Positions 1 to 15,650 of a stretch of 64,000 bases of DNA are shown in pieces. How positions within the stretch are numbered: the stretch's first letter is position 1; each line of letters starts with the position of its first letter. The stretch covers positions 480,001 through 544,000 of the forward strand of contig CAVWUU010000001.1 in assembly GCA_963758295.1 (NCBI GenBank), in the 5' to 3' direction. Both the position numbers and the translations under genes were made by a program. Under the pieces are notes generated by a model, which saw nothing but the letters and a program-made list of their open reading frames with translations, searched no databases and was not told the DNA's origin. The DNA comes from Candidatus Eremiobacteria bacterium (GTDB lineage: Bacteria; Vulcanimicrobiota; Vulcanimicrobiia; Vulcanimicrobiales; Vulcanimicrobiaceae).

Positions 1-368
1 GCTGGCTGCTGCTGTCGGTTGGCGTCTCCAGCGTTATCCTACTTCGCGCCGGCGTGCCGCACGGGTTGTTCGTCTTTTCGACGATTATGCTGCTCTATAT
101 GCTGGCGAGTTATACGGTGCTTCTCGCCGTTGCAATCATTACCGAGTCCATGGCATGGACGATCGTAACGGTAATCATCGGGAACTTGTGCCTCAACTTT
201 CTGATGATGGGGATGTCGCAAGTGCCAAGCATCAAGGATGCTACGACGTCAGCTCACGTTACTTGGAGTGCTCAAGCAATCGAGGTCGTCGCGTGCGAGT
301 GTTTCGCCATGCTCGTTGCTATGGCCGTAACATTTGCGTTCCAAGCAAGGAAGTCAGATTTTCTCTGA
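1..368 (+). CDS. Membrane protein C-terminus, ABC-2 type permease-like (5' truncated by window edge)
   Basis: Several hydrophobic segments ending in ...FAFQARKSDFL*, a typical ABC permease tail; family assignment is tentative. Confidence 0.55.
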   Translation, partial: WLLLSVGVSSVILLRAGVPHGLFVFSTIMLLYMLASYTVLLAVAIITESMAWTIVTVIIGNLCLNFLMMGMSQVPSIKDATTSAHVTWSAQAIEVVACECFAMLVAMAVTFAFQARKSDFL

Positions 369-2628
369 GCCCGTCTGTGAGAACCATGGTTGCCGCGTTC
401 TCGTCTGTGCGATAAACCCTCGCGCCAAAATGTTCGAGGGTTTCGATAGTCGACGGCGCGGGATGACCGAACAAGTTATGCCGGCCGACGGAGATAATCG
501 CGAACGCGGGTGAACGGCAGCGATGAATTCCGGCGACGAGCTGTAAGCAGATCCATGATGGCCAACTTTCAGCCCATCGGCGTGAAGATCGATTCCTTCG
601 CTCCAGGAAGCGTCGCTCCGCTGCAACGCCGGCGTCCCCAGTGAACAGCATCCGGAATTTGAGATACTGCAAGATGAACGCGACGGAATTGTCGTTGATG
701 GCGTTCTTGCCGTCGATGAACGGCAATGATGGACCGATGAACGTCAACGTCACGCCGTCGTGCGTCCGCCAGACGATCCCCGCACGCGGTTCGACGACGG
801 GAGCATGATCCGCAGCAGCCGTGTCAAGACAATCGTGATACGCGTGGCCGCCATAGCTTTGTCCGCTATCGGCAATCTCCGCCAACGCGTAACGCGCGCA
901 GCACCGGCGCACACCCGCCAACATGGTCGCCGTGCGGATGCGTAATGATAATTGCATCAAGCCGATGAACGCCTTCGCGAAGCAGAAAAGGGGCGACGAT
1001 GCGTTCGCCGATCTGCTCGGCTTGCGAATCGCTGCCGGAAGCGCCTCGCTCTAGACGGCCTCCTGTGTCTACGAGGATCGCGTGATGCGCCGGCGTTTCG
1101 ATTGCAATGGCATCCGCCTGACCAACATCCAGGATGGTTATTTTTAATCTGTGGTCGTCGACTCGAGGCGGCCAGAGCACGTAGGACGTCGTGATGAGCG
1201 CTAGTGCAATTGCGGCCGTCGGTGAGCCGCGTCGCCAGAACGCGGCACCGGCCAGAAGTGAAAGCTCATACGATGCTATCGCCCACGACGGCGCCGGGGT
1301 CATTGGAATCGTGGCAGCCGGCGCAGAAGAAAGAAGCTGGACCGCGGTCGTTATCCAAGCGATGAGCCAGCTATTCACGTTCGCGAATGCTTGTGCAATT
1401 GCCGGTAAGGGCGACGTTAGCAGTTGGGCACCGCCAAGCGCCATCGTGATGGGTACGCATGGCACAACCGCAATGTTTGCAAGCAGCGCGTAGGGCGTAA
1501 ATTGCAGAAAAACCGAAGCAGTTACCGGCCACGTTCCCAATTGCGTTGCAAGCGTTAGCACTACCGCTTCCTTCGCTTGCGCCGGAAGGGAGACGCGGCG
1601 TAAAGCATCATGAAGGATCGGTGACAGAGCGAATATGGCGCCGACGCAGGAGAACGACAGCCAAAAAGACGCGGACGTAACATCGAAAGGTGCAACCACT
1701 ACAATTAGCAGCACGGCAGCCGCAAGAGCGTTCCAAGATAAAAGCGGACGGCCCGCAGCACGTGCCGCAAGCGCCATCGTCGCCATCATCGCCGCGCGCA
1801 TCGCCGGTATATGCAGTCCGCTCGCCGCGGCGAAGAGCCAAACGCCCGCGATAGCAATAGTGCATGCCGCGGGCCGCGGAAACTCCGGCAAAGCCGCAGA
1901 GCGCCGCAAGTAAAGCAGCAACGAGTCCGACGTGAAGTCCGGCGGTCACTAAAACATGAACCGTTCCGGTTTCCTGAAATTCGCGGCGCAAGTCGGGCGC
2001 TAAGGAGGCCCGTTCGCCCCACAATTCGCCCGCAATAATCGCTGCGCCCGGATCGCCGAGCTGCGCCTGCAGCTGCGCGAACATTTGCGCCTTTAAGCGC
2101 GCAATAGATGCAAGCATCCCTGAACCGTCGCCCAGACGTTCGACGATCGTTGCGTTGTCGATGCGCGCCGCTAAACCGTTCTCTCGCTCGATGTCGCGTT
2201 GGCTGGGTTCGCCGGGATTGCGAGGTCCATCGAACGGTTCGAGTCTTCCACGAATGCCGACGCGCTCTCCGGCCGAGGCCGGTTGACGAACCGCACAGCG
2301 AACGACGGTGCCGTCGTCCAGTCGAAGAAGATCCTCGTGCAGCCCCTCCGGCGTCACGCTTTCCGCCAGGATGATGCCGTAGAACCGCTGCACGCGCGTT
2401 TCGGAGACGTTCGGTTCAGATTCTGTACGGATTACGCCGTAGGCGGTCGATGCTGCGAGGGCCAGTATCACGGCCACGCGAAACCGGCGTGGTTCCGAGC
2501 GTAGCAGTGCGGCGAGAAGGACAACGCCGCAGCAGAACGGTTGCGCGCTCGTCCGTGGGTAGCGGTGCTCCTAGCAGCGCACCAAGCAGCGCGGATGCGG
2601 CGAACCAGGTGAGCGAGAGCCCGGACAT
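319..2628 (-). CDS. comEC: DNA internalization competence protein ComEC/Rec2 (frameshifted in this sequence)
   Basis: Overlapping ORF pieces give PRNPGE, TGTVHVLVTAGLHVG, SFWLSF, LDVGQADA, ITHPHGDHVGG, LFTGDA, KVGHHGS, GRHNLFGHP: competence domain plus MBL-fold domain. Confidence 0.92.
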
Positions 2629-2683
2629 GGGTAGAACATCTGTGACGCCCTGGGCTTTGAACTAGAGCGAAAGGATTTGTTTC

Positions 2684-3620
2684 GTGCGTATCATCGTCAC
2701 CGGCGGAGCCGGCTTCATCGGCTCTCACATCGTAGACGCCTACCTGGCGAGCCGGACACGAAGTGCTTGTCCTGGATTCGCTTTGGGAGCACGGCGGCGG
2801 CCGTCGCGCGAATGTTCCGGAACGCGCGTCCTTCCTTCACATGGACATCCGCGACGAAAACATCGCGCGAATCTTTTTCGAATTCCGCCCGGAAATCGTC
2901 AGCCACCACGCTGCACAGCACTCCGTTGCGATTTCGTCGCGCGATCCGAAGATTGACGCCGATGTGAACGTCATCGGGCTGTTAAACGTGCTCGACAATC
3001 GGTAAAAAACGGCGTCAAGAAAGTCGATATTCGCGTCGAGCGGCGCAACCTTTGGAACTCCGGAGCATTTCCCGATCACGGAAAACACGCCGCAGAATCC
3101 TACGTCGCCGTACGGCATCACGAAAATGGTGGCCGAACACTATCTGCGCTTTTATAAAGAAGAGAAGGGCCTCGATTTTACGGCCCTGCGATACGGCAAC
3201 GTCTACGGCCCGCGTCAGGACCCGAACGGCGAAGCCGGCGTTATTTCGATTTTTATCGGAAAGTTCTTAAAGCACGAAGGCATTCGCATCGACTGGGACG
3301 GCGAACAAACGCGCGATTACGTCTTTGTCAAAGACGTGGCGAAGGCAAATCTGTTGGCGCTCGAGGGCGGCTCCGGAAAATGCTACGTCATCGGAACGAA
3401 CCGCAAGACGAGCGTGAACGACATCTACCGTTCGCTCGTGCAGATCAGCGGTTTCGAAGCGCCGGTGACCCACGCGCCCCGTCGCGCAGGTGATGCGCGC
3501 GACGCGCAATTCGATTCGGCGCTGGCAAAAGCGGAATTGGGATGGGCGCCGCAGACCGCGCTGCTAGACGGCATGCGTGAGACCTACGACTACTTTAAGG
3601 CGTTATACGTTCCGGCATAG
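2684..3620 (+). CDS. NAD-dependent epimerase/dehydratase, UDP-glucose 4-epimerase-like (frameshifted)
   Basis: VTGGAGFIGSH, HHAAQ, SPYGITK (YxxxK), LRYGNVYGPRQDPNGEAGVI, DGEQTRDYVFV across frames. Confidence 0.88.
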
Positions 3621-4875
3621 GCAACGTCGCCGCCGTTGATGGCGGCGTCCGGCGCCGGATGAACGGCGAAACGTGCTCCGGACGGAAGCCCACGCCGACG
3701 ATGCGCGCCGGCAGCCGCTGCAGAAGCGGCATCTTACTCAAGACATGAAGCGGCCACGGCGCGTGTTCGGGAGCCGTTGTCGACGATAGAATCCGCGCGA
3801 TAAGGCGCTTCTGCACGAATACTTGCATGGCTTGCGTCATCTTCGTCGGCCATTCGCGCCGCTGTTGAATCTTGGCCAACGTTTCGTCTGAAACGGCGGC
3901 GGCCGTCGCAAACGCTGGTGCGAGAATATTCCGGCTGCTACCGCGTCTTGGATAGCGAGATTAATGCCGACGCCGCCGATCGGTGACATTGCATGCGCTG
4001 CGTCGCCGATGAACAAAATGCCGGGCCGATACCATTGCTCGAGCCGGTCTACTTTCACTTCGAGCAGCTTGATGTCGTCCCAGTCGTTCACTTCGTGAAC
4101 GCGCGATGCGAGAAACGGGGCAATGCGCGTCGATCTTTTGATGGAACGCTTCGAGTCCTTGCGCACGCACGGTTCAAGAGTGCCTTTCGCAATGACGTAG
4201 GCGACCTGCCAGTAGTCATCGCGATTGAGCGCCACTAAAATGGGACCCTGCCTACGAACTCCCGAGTACGGCATTGCGATCGGCCGGCTCGCGCGAAGTC
4301 GTAACCACAGCACATCCATCGGCGCGCCGATGTCCTGCACGTTGAATCCGCGCGCTCGCGCACGTGGAGGACGTCCGTCCGCGCCCACGACCAGATCCGC
4401 GCGAAATTCGGCCGGTCCTGTAAGGAGTCTCGGCTTTCACGCCCACGACGCGCCCGTTTCCTCGATCAGGCCCGTGACCTTGGCCGAGCATGAAGAGAGA
4501 AAGCCGGGCATTTCCGCGCATGGCCGGCAATAAAATCGAGAAAGTCCCACTGCGGCATCAGCGCGATAATAGGGACATTTCGCCGGTAGGTGGGTGAAGT
4601 CGCCGATGACGGTATTGCTTGTCCTCGATCACGCCGCCGACCTGCTTCACCACGTTGTGCGGCACGGCGAGGAACTCGTCGAGCAGCCCGAGCTCGTGCA
4701 TCAGCTCGAGGGTGGAGGGATGAACGGTGTCGCCGCGGAAATCGCGCAGGAAGTCCCGTGCTTTTCCAGCACGGCGACGCACGCCGGCGCGCGCGAGCAG
4801 AAAACCGAGCATCATGCCCGCCGGTCCACCGCCGACGATGCAGCAGCGCGTCGAAATTCCGGTGGGCTATTCCAT
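3595..4875 (-). CDS. FAD-dependent oxidoreductase/monooxygenase (frameshifted)
   Basis: CCIVGGGPAGMMLG, RDFRGDTVHPSTLE, IGDAAHAMSPIGGVGINLAIQDA motifs. Confidence 0.85.
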
Positions 4876-4880
4876 CGGCT

Positions 4881-7386
<2,506 letters not shown>

Positions 7387-7461
7387 AGGGAGCATGGTAA
7401 TGGCGCCACGGCGTTCGCCGGCTACCTTTCCGGTCGGGGGCCGCCGCGTGATAGAGCGCGT

Positions 7462-8086
7462 ATGGTTCGCATTGCCGTCGTGGCCGCCGTCTTGCTCTTG
7501 GCCGCCTTTGCCGTGTGGCATCCCGCCGCCAAGCCAGCCGCCGCTTTCCGTCGCGAGCCCGCTGCCGGCGCGCACATCGTGCCGCCCGGAACGACGCTCC
7601 ACGCAGCGGCTGCCGGCCGCGGTCGTTTACGTGGCCGGTGCGGTGCTGCACCCGGGACTCTATCGGTTCAGCCGAGGTGCCCGTGTCGACGACGCGGTGC
7701 GGCTAGCCGGCGGCTTACGCCGCGACGCCGACCCGCTCGGCGTAAATCTGGCGGCGCATGTCGCAAGACGGCGATGAGATCGCGGTGCCGCACGCCGGAC
7801 GAGAGAGTTCGCGGTGCGAACACGCGTCGGGCCTCACGAGCGCGTCGGCCGCGCCAAAGAGCAGCCGCCGGCGCCCTCGAGCGTGGACGTGAACACGGCC
7901 AATGCGCCAACGCTTGCAACGGTCCCGGGCATAGGCGCGGCGATCGCGCAGCGCATCGTCGTGATGCGCGAGCGGATGGCGCCATTCGAATCGCTCGATC
8001 AGTTGCTCGACGTTGCCGGTATGACGCGCGCACGACTCGACCGGGCGAGCATCGTATCTTGCGATATGATAGAACGCGCAGGGTGA
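7462..8086 (+). CDS. comEA: ComEA family DNA-binding protein (SLBB plus helix-hairpin-helix), frameshifted
   Basis: N-terminal TM segment, VYVAGAVLHPGLY..RVDDAVRLAGG..GVNLA, then VDVNTA..LATVPGIGAAIAQRI. Confidence 0.88.
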
Positions 8087-8111
8087 CTCCCGGCGAAGCG
8101 AATTCGGACCG

Positions 8112-9909
<1,798 letters not shown>

Positions 9910-9917
<8 letters not shown>

Positions 9918-10341
9918 GAACGATTTTCCCATGTCGCGCCGCGTCGACGAAGTTCTCCGCGGTCCGATCAAGAGCAAGACCGTTTTCCCGGTGCTGCTCC
10001 TGCACTTGATTCAAGAACAGCCCGATCACGGATACGGTCTGATGCAACGAATCGAGTCGATCTGCGGCGATTTGGTCGCGGTAAACACAAACAAAATCTA
10101 TCCGCTGCTGCGCCGCTTGGAAGAACGTGGATTCGTAACCGCGACGTGGGATCACCCCACGAAGCGCTCGCGCCGCGTGTATTCGATCACCACGCAGGGC
10201 GAAGAACGGCTGCAGCGCATCAAGGGGTCCATGCTGCCGTACCTAGAGTCGATCGAGCGGGCCGTGGGCCGTCTGAAGAACGAGCTGTATCGTTCGATGG
10301 GGGGCGAACATGCCGTTTCTCGCGCTCGTTCATCTTCGTGA
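9910..10341 (+). CDS. PadR family transcriptional regulator
   Basis: HGYGLM..IYPLLRRLEERGFV..W..RRVYSITTQG. Confidence 0.9.
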
Positions 10342-10597
10342 CCTGCGCTGCGAGCAGTGCAACGAGCCGTTGGCTACGGCAGGCGCGCGTTCGTTCGTAG
10401 TAGACGCGAGCGGCGACCCGATCAATTTTTCTCAAGAAGAGCCGCCCGAGGAGATGACGGTGGAGATCCTGTGTCCGAACGGGCACGAAACTCCGCTCTA
10501 CATCCCCAACGAGATCGCGGCCGAAGAAACGCTCGTAACTCCGGTGGATGCGCCGGTCGCGCGCGACGCAATACTAGTGCCAGGCGAAGTTCCCTAA
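10310..10597 (+). CDS. Hypothetical small acidic protein, possible zinc ribbon (CxxC...CxxxH)
   Basis: 95-aa ORF with CEQC and CPNGH, GC3-rich codons, GGGGG upstream, overlaps the padR end. Confidence 0.7.
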   Translation: MPFLALVHLRDLRCEQCNEPLATAGARSFVVDASGDPINFSQEEPPEEMTVEILCPNGHETPLYIPNEIAAEETLVTPVDAPVARDAILVPGEVP

Positions 10598-10641
10598 CGC
10601 TTCTGAAGGAAGCCAGGGTTCCGGGGTTCGATTTACGCCCT

Positions 10642-12195
10642 ATGAATCGTGCGCTTTCCGTAATGCTCTTAGCGGCATTGCTCGGCTCGTCTGTTGCCGC
10701 GCGTGCCGCCGATCCGCCTGCGAAGCAACCCGCACCGGCGGTCGCAGCGCCGCAACCCGAAGATCCGGGAGCGACGCCTGACGCAGTAACCTCTCATACT
10801 ATTACCCTCGGCGGGCACGCCATTGCGTACACCGCGAGAGCGGGCACCCTTACGCTCTACGATCAGGATGAAAAGCCGACGGCGCGCGTGTTCTACACGG
10901 CGTTCACAAGCGACGCGGGCAACCCGCTCACGCGTCCGGTTACTTTCATCTACAACGGCGGTCCGGGCAGCTCGACGATGTGGCTGCGAATGGGTTCCGT
11001 TGGACCCGTTCGCGTTCAGGCGGCAAACGGCGCCGCGTCGGGACCGCCCCCGTACCGTATTGCTGATAATCCGTACAGTTTGCTCGATAAGAGCGACCTT
11101 GTCTTCATCGATATGCCGGACAGCGGCTTCGGCCGTATCCTTAACGGCAAAGAGAAAGATTTCTTCGGCGTCGATCAAGACGTCGAGGCGTTCACGCAAT
11201 TCATCTCGCGGTATATCAGCCGCTTCGATCGTTGGAACTCGCCGAAGTTCTTGTTCGGTGAGAGCTACGGAACGACGCGGTCGGCTGCGCTCGCTGATAG
11301 CTTGATGAATCAAGGCATCGCGCTCAACGGCGTGATCCTGCAGTCGTCGATTCTGAACTTCGGCTTGGATTACGGCAACGGCGATCCGATCGGCGGCGGT
11401 GACTGGCCGTACGTGCTATATCTACCGACCGAAGCCGCAACGGCGTGGTATCACAACAAAGTTCCAAATCGTCCCGCCGATCTCGCGTCGTTCGTTGCAA
11501 GCGTGAAGCAATTCGCGCTCGGCGAGTACCTCGACGCGCTTTATAAGGGCGACAAGCTGAGCGCTTCCGAACGCGACGACGTCATTCGCAAGTTGAGCGG
11601 ATACATCGGCCTGCCGCAACAGTATATTCGTAACGCAAACATTCGCGTTTCGTACGATCGCTTCCAACGCGAGCTTTTGCGCTCGCAAGGCATCGTCGTC
11701 GGCCGTCTCGATGGACGCTATCAGACCTACGATCTCGATCGCTCCGCGCTCGCAGGTCCCGACTGGGATCCTACCGACTCGTCGATCGACGCGCCGTACA
11801 CCACGGCGATCAATCAGTACCTTCGTTACGATCTCAAATACAATCCGCCGATTCAGTATCGCGCCAATATCTACGGGATCATCTACGGCAACGGCAGTTC
11901 GTGGGACTTCTCGCACAATCACCGATATCCGACGAACGTTGCGCCCGACTTGGCCGACGTGATGACGCAAAATCCGAAGATGAAGCTGTTCTCCGCGAAC
12001 GGCTACTTCGATTTCGCTACACCGTTCTTCGCGACGGATTACACGTTGCGGCACCTGAATTTGAATCCGGCGATTCAATCCAACATTACCTACGGCTATT
12101 ATGAAGCAGGCCACATGATCTACTTGAGCGATTCCGCGCTCTCGCAATATAAAGCCGATTTGAGCCGCTGGTACGACAGCGCGCTGGGACAATAG
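10642..12195 (+). CDS. Secreted peptidase S10 (serine carboxypeptidase)
   Basis: Signal peptide; YNGGPGSS, DLVFID, FGESYGT (catalytic Ser), GYFDFATP, AGHMIY (catalytic His). Confidence 0.92.
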   Translation: MNRALSVMLLAALLGSSVAARAADPPAKQPAPAVAAPQPEDPGATPDAVTSHTITLGGHAIAYTARAGTLTLYDQDEKPTARVFYTAFTSDAGNPLTRPVTFIYNGGPGSSTMWLRMGSVGPVRVQAANGAASGPPPYRIADNPYSLLDKSDLVFIDMPDSGFGRILNGKEKDFFGVDQDVEAFTQFISRYISRFDRWNSPKFLFGESYGTTRSAALADSLMNQGIALNGVILQSSILNFGLDYGNGDPIGGGDWPYVLYLPTEAATAWYHNKVPNRPADLASFVASVKQFALGEYLDALYKGDKLSASERDDVIRKLSGYIGLPQQYIRNANIRVSYDRFQRELLRSQGIVVGRLDGRYQTYDLDRSALAGPDWDPTDSSIDAPYTTAINQYLRYDLKYNPPIQYRANIYGIIYGNGSSWDFSHNHRYPTNVAPDLADVMTQNPKMKLFSANGYFDFATPFFATDYTLRHLNLNPAIQSNITYGYYEAGHMIYLSDSALSQYKADLSRWYDSALGQ

Positions 12196-12203
12196 GAGAA
12201 GCG

Positions 12204-13721
12204 ATGAAGAAGATTCGTACGATCGCGGCGGCGCTCTCTGCTGCCATGCTCATCGCAGCCGCGCCGGCCGAAAAGCCGCCGGCCTACGTTTCGCCCGCCC
12301 CGGCCGACGCGATAACGCATCACGTCGCCCATGTTGCCGGACAAACGATTCCGTACACCGCGCGTGCCGGCATGATCACCTTGCGAAACTCCAAGGAACA
12401 GATCACGGGACGCATGTTCTACACCGCCTTTACGAAGGACCGCGCAAACGCGACGAACCGTCCGGTGACGTTCTTCTACAACGGCGGCCCCGGCAGTTCG
12501 ACGGTTTGGCTCCGCATGGGCTCCTTTGCGCCGATGCGCGTGGAAACGTCGAACTACAAATCGATCCCGAACGCGCCGTTCCGGCTCATCGAGAACAACT
12601 ACAGCCTCCTCGATAAGAGTGACTTGGTCTTCGTCGATGCGCCTAATACCGGTTGGAGCCGCGTGCTCGGCGCGGGCGATCCGAAGGATTTCATGGGCAT
12701 AGACCAAGACGGCCGCGCGTTCTCCCAATTCATTCAACGGTACGTTTCGCAATTCGGCCGGTGGAATTCGCCGAAGTTCCTCTTCGGTGAAAGCTACGGC
12801 ACGACGCGCGATTGCGTGCTCGTCAACATGCTCCAAGACGCCGGCGTGCAGATGAACGGCGTCGTGCTGCTCTCTTCGATCTTGAACTTCGGTTTGGGCG
12901 GCCTCGGAGGCGGACAGCCGATCGGCGGCGGCGATTGGTCTTACGTGACGTATCTTCCGAGCGAAGCTGCGGTCGCGTGGTACCACCACAAGGCCGGCCA
13001 AGGGCAGAGCTTGCCGCAGTTCTTGAAGGCCGTCGAGGGCTTCGCCGGCGGCCAATACCTGCACGATCTTGCGCAAGGCGCCGATCTCAGCCAGTCCCAA
13101 TTCAATGCCGACGTTTCACGTTTACACCAATACCTTGGCCTTTCCGAAGACTACATTCGAAATGCTAATCTTCGCGTTTCGTATCCACGCTTCGAACAGG
13201 CTCTGCTGCGCAATCAGGATACGATCGTCGGACGCTACGATGGCCGCTACACCACCTATGCGCTCGATCGTAACGCCGATACGCCCGACTGGGATCCATC
13301 GGACGTCGGCATTTCGGGCGCCTTCGTAGCACTCGGCAACGATTACATGCGTAACACGCTGAAGTACCAAACGAACATGCAGTACCGTCCGACGTCGTAC
13401 GGCGGCGAACTGGGCGCGCGTTGGGACATGAAGCACAACGGTCAAGATCCGCCGGCGAACGTTACGCCGGACCTGGCGACGGCCATGACGACGAATCCGC
13501 ACCTCTATGTGTTTTCGGGCAACGGCTACTTCGATTTCGCGACGCCGTTCTTCGCGACGCAGTACACTCTCCAACATATGGGTCTTGCGCCGGAACTCCA
13601 AAACCACATCACCTTCGGGTTCTATCCGTCGGGACACATGGTGTACCTCAATCCGCAGGCACTCGTCCAATTCAAGGGTGACTTGAGCCGGTGGTACGAT
13701 ATGGTGCTCGCGCACCGGTAA
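12204..13721 (+). CDS. Secreted peptidase S10, tandem paralog
   Basis: RBS AGGAG; same motifs NGGPGSS, GESYGT, GYFDFATP, SGHMVY. Confidence 0.92.
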   Translation: MKKIRTIAAALSAAMLIAAAPAEKPPAYVSPAPADAITHHVAHVAGQTIPYTARAGMITLRNSKEQITGRMFYTAFTKDRANATNRPVTFFYNGGPGSSTVWLRMGSFAPMRVETSNYKSIPNAPFRLIENNYSLLDKSDLVFVDAPNTGWSRVLGAGDPKDFMGIDQDGRAFSQFIQRYVSQFGRWNSPKFLFGESYGTTRDCVLVNMLQDAGVQMNGVVLLSSILNFGLGGLGGGQPIGGGDWSYVTYLPSEAAVAWYHHKAGQGQSLPQFLKAVEGFAGGQYLHDLAQGADLSQSQFNADVSRLHQYLGLSEDYIRNANLRVSYPRFEQALLRNQDTIVGRYDGRYTTYALDRNADTPDWDPSDVGISGAFVALGNDYMRNTLKYQTNMQYRPTSYGGELGARWDMKHNGQDPPANVTPDLATAMTTNPHLYVFSGNGYFDFATPFFATQYTLQHMGLAPELQNHITFGFYPSGHMVYLNPQALVQFKGDLSRWYDMVLAHR

Positions 13722-13739
13722 AGCACACGGACCGTGAAG

Positions 13740-13774
13740 AAGAGTCGCAGCCCCGCTGCGGCTCTTTTTTCTTT
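13740..13774 (+). terminator. Rho-independent terminator after the S10 peptidase pair
   Basis: Stem AAGAGTCGCAGC/GCTGCGGCTCTT followed by a T-run. Confidence 0.8.
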
Positions 13775-13802
13775 GCAGAAAAAGGGTGGGTGATTTTTTG
13801 CG

Positions 13803-15629
13803 ATGCGTGAAGTATCGGGTGTGACCACCGGAGAGCTTGGGGAAGCCCTCAAACACCACTTCGGCCATGAATCGTTCCGCCCGCTTCAACGCGAAATCGT
13901 AGAAGCTGCGCTCGCCGGCGACGACGTGGTGGCGCTGCTGCCTACCGGCGGCGGCAAGTCGCTGTGCTATCAACTGCCGGCGATACTCGAGGAAGGATTG
14001 ACGCTCGTCGTCTCGCCGCTTATCGCCTTGATGAAGGATCAGGTCGACGCCCTCACGGCTAACGGCATCCCCGCCACATTTCTAAACAGTTCGCTCGATG
14101 CATCCGCTGCAAGGGAGCGCATCGACGCGTTGAACCGCGGCGAATTCAAGCTTCTCTATGTTGCGCCGGAGCGCATTGCGCTCTCGGGCTTTCTGGCCGG
14201 TCTCGACCGGTGGAACCTGCGGCGGATCGTCGTGGACGAAGCGCACTGCGTGAGCGAATGGGGTCATGATTTCCGTCCTGAGTACCGGCGCATCGCCTCG
14301 TTGCGGGCGCGATATAGCGACGTTCCGTTGCTGGCGCTTACCGCAACGGCAACGGAGCGCGTGCAGGACGACATCGAGCGTTTTCTGGAGTTGCGAAATC
14401 CGAACCGTTTCGTCGGAAGTTTCAACCGGCCGAACTTGCGCTACAGCGTCTTCGAAAAACGCGACGCCGCCAAACAGCTGCTGGCGTGGTGTGAAGAACG
14501 CAAAAACGAAAGCGGAATCGTTTACGCCATGAGCCGGCGCGCGGCGGAAGAACTCGCCGAGCGTCTAAGCCGCGCCGGATTGCCCGCGCTTCCCTATCAT
14601 GCCGGACTGACGCCGAACCAGCGGGCGAAGAACCAAGAGTTGTTCATTCGCGACGAAGTGCGCATTATGTGCGCGACCGTCGCGTTCGGCATGGGCATCG
14701 ATAAGCCGAACGTGCGGTACGTCGCACACTTCGACATGCCGAAGAACATCGAAGGCTACTACCAAGAAACCGGACGTGCCGGCCGCGACGGCTTACCGAG
14801 CGAATGCGCGTTGTATTTTACGGGCGGTGATGCAGCGAAGCAACGGCATTTCATCCGGCAAATCGAGGACGAAGCGGAGCGCCGGCAAGCGGAGGCGCTG
14901 CTGCAAAAAATGCTGGATTTCGCCGCGAACGTTGGATGCCGGCGTCAATACCTGCTTCAGTATTTCGGCGAAACACTCGACACGTCGAATTGCGGCAACT
15001 GCGATAACTGCTTGATGCCGCCGGAAACGATCGACGCAACCGTTCCGGCCCAAAAGTTCCTCTCATGCATTTACCGCATTCGTGCGCACAGCGGTTTCTC
15101 GACCGGGATGCACCACGTAGCCGACGTGCTCGCGGGTAAGGAAACGGAGAAAGTCGTCTCGTGGGGACACCATGGACTCTCCACCTTCGGCGTCGGGTCG
15201 GAGTTTGCGAAAGACGGATGGGTCTCGCTTGGTTCCGAGTTGCTGCGCACCGGCTGGATCGAACAAGACCCGGAACGCAAGACGCTCGTGCTAACCGAGG
15301 ACGGCGTTCGCGCGCTCAAGGAACAGCGGCCGTTCAGCTTTGCCAAACGCCTTGCGATGAAAAAGTCCCGACGCGATCGCAAAGCGGTGTTCACGACGGC
15401 GGTGGCCGACGACGGCCTGTTCGAAGCTCTGCGCCGGTTGCGAAAACAGCTTGCCGATGAAGCCGGCGTCCCCCCTTACGTCGTGTTCTCCGATGCAACG
15501 CTCCGCGAATTCGCCGCAAAGAAACCGCTGAGCCTCGTGGCATTTCGAGGCATCAGCGGCGTTGGCGACGTGAAGTTGGAACGCTACGGCGACGCTTTCG
15601 TAAACGCGATCAGAGCTTACGAAGCCTGA
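13803..15629 (+). CDS. recQ: DNA helicase RecQ
   Basis: [54 protein letters not shown], Zn-binding CGNCDNC, RQC and HRDC domains. Confidence 0.96.
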   Translation: MREVSGVTTGELGEALKHHFGHESFRPLQREIVEAALAGDDVVALLPTGGGKSLCYQLPAILEEGLTLVVSPLIALMKDQVDALTANGIPATFLNSSLDASAARERIDALNRGEFKLLYVAPERIALSGFLAGLDRWNLRRIVVDEAHCVSEWGHDFRPEYRRIASLRARYSDVPLLALTATATERVQDDIERFLELRNPNRFVGSFNRPNLRYSVFEKRDAAKQLLAWCEERKNESGIVYAMSRRAAEELAERLSRAGLPALPYHAGLTPNQRAKNQELFIRDEVRIMCATVAFGMGIDKPNVRYVAHFDMPKNIEGYYQETGRAGRDGLPSECALYFTGGDAAKQRHFIRQIEDEAERRQAEALLQKMLDFAANVGCRRQYLLQYFGETLDTSNCGNCDNCLMPPETIDATVPAQKFLSCIYRIRAHSGFSTGMHHVADVLAGKETEKVVSWGHHGLSTFGVGSEFAKDGWVSLGSELLRTGWIEQDPERKTLVLTEDGVRALKEQRPFSFAKRLAMKKSRRDRKAVFTTAVADDGLFEALRRLRKQLADEAGVPPYVVFSDATLREFAAKKPLSLVAFRGISGVGDVKLERYGDAFVNAIRAYEA

Positions 15630-15650
15630 CCGCGCTCACGAGTAGCGCTC

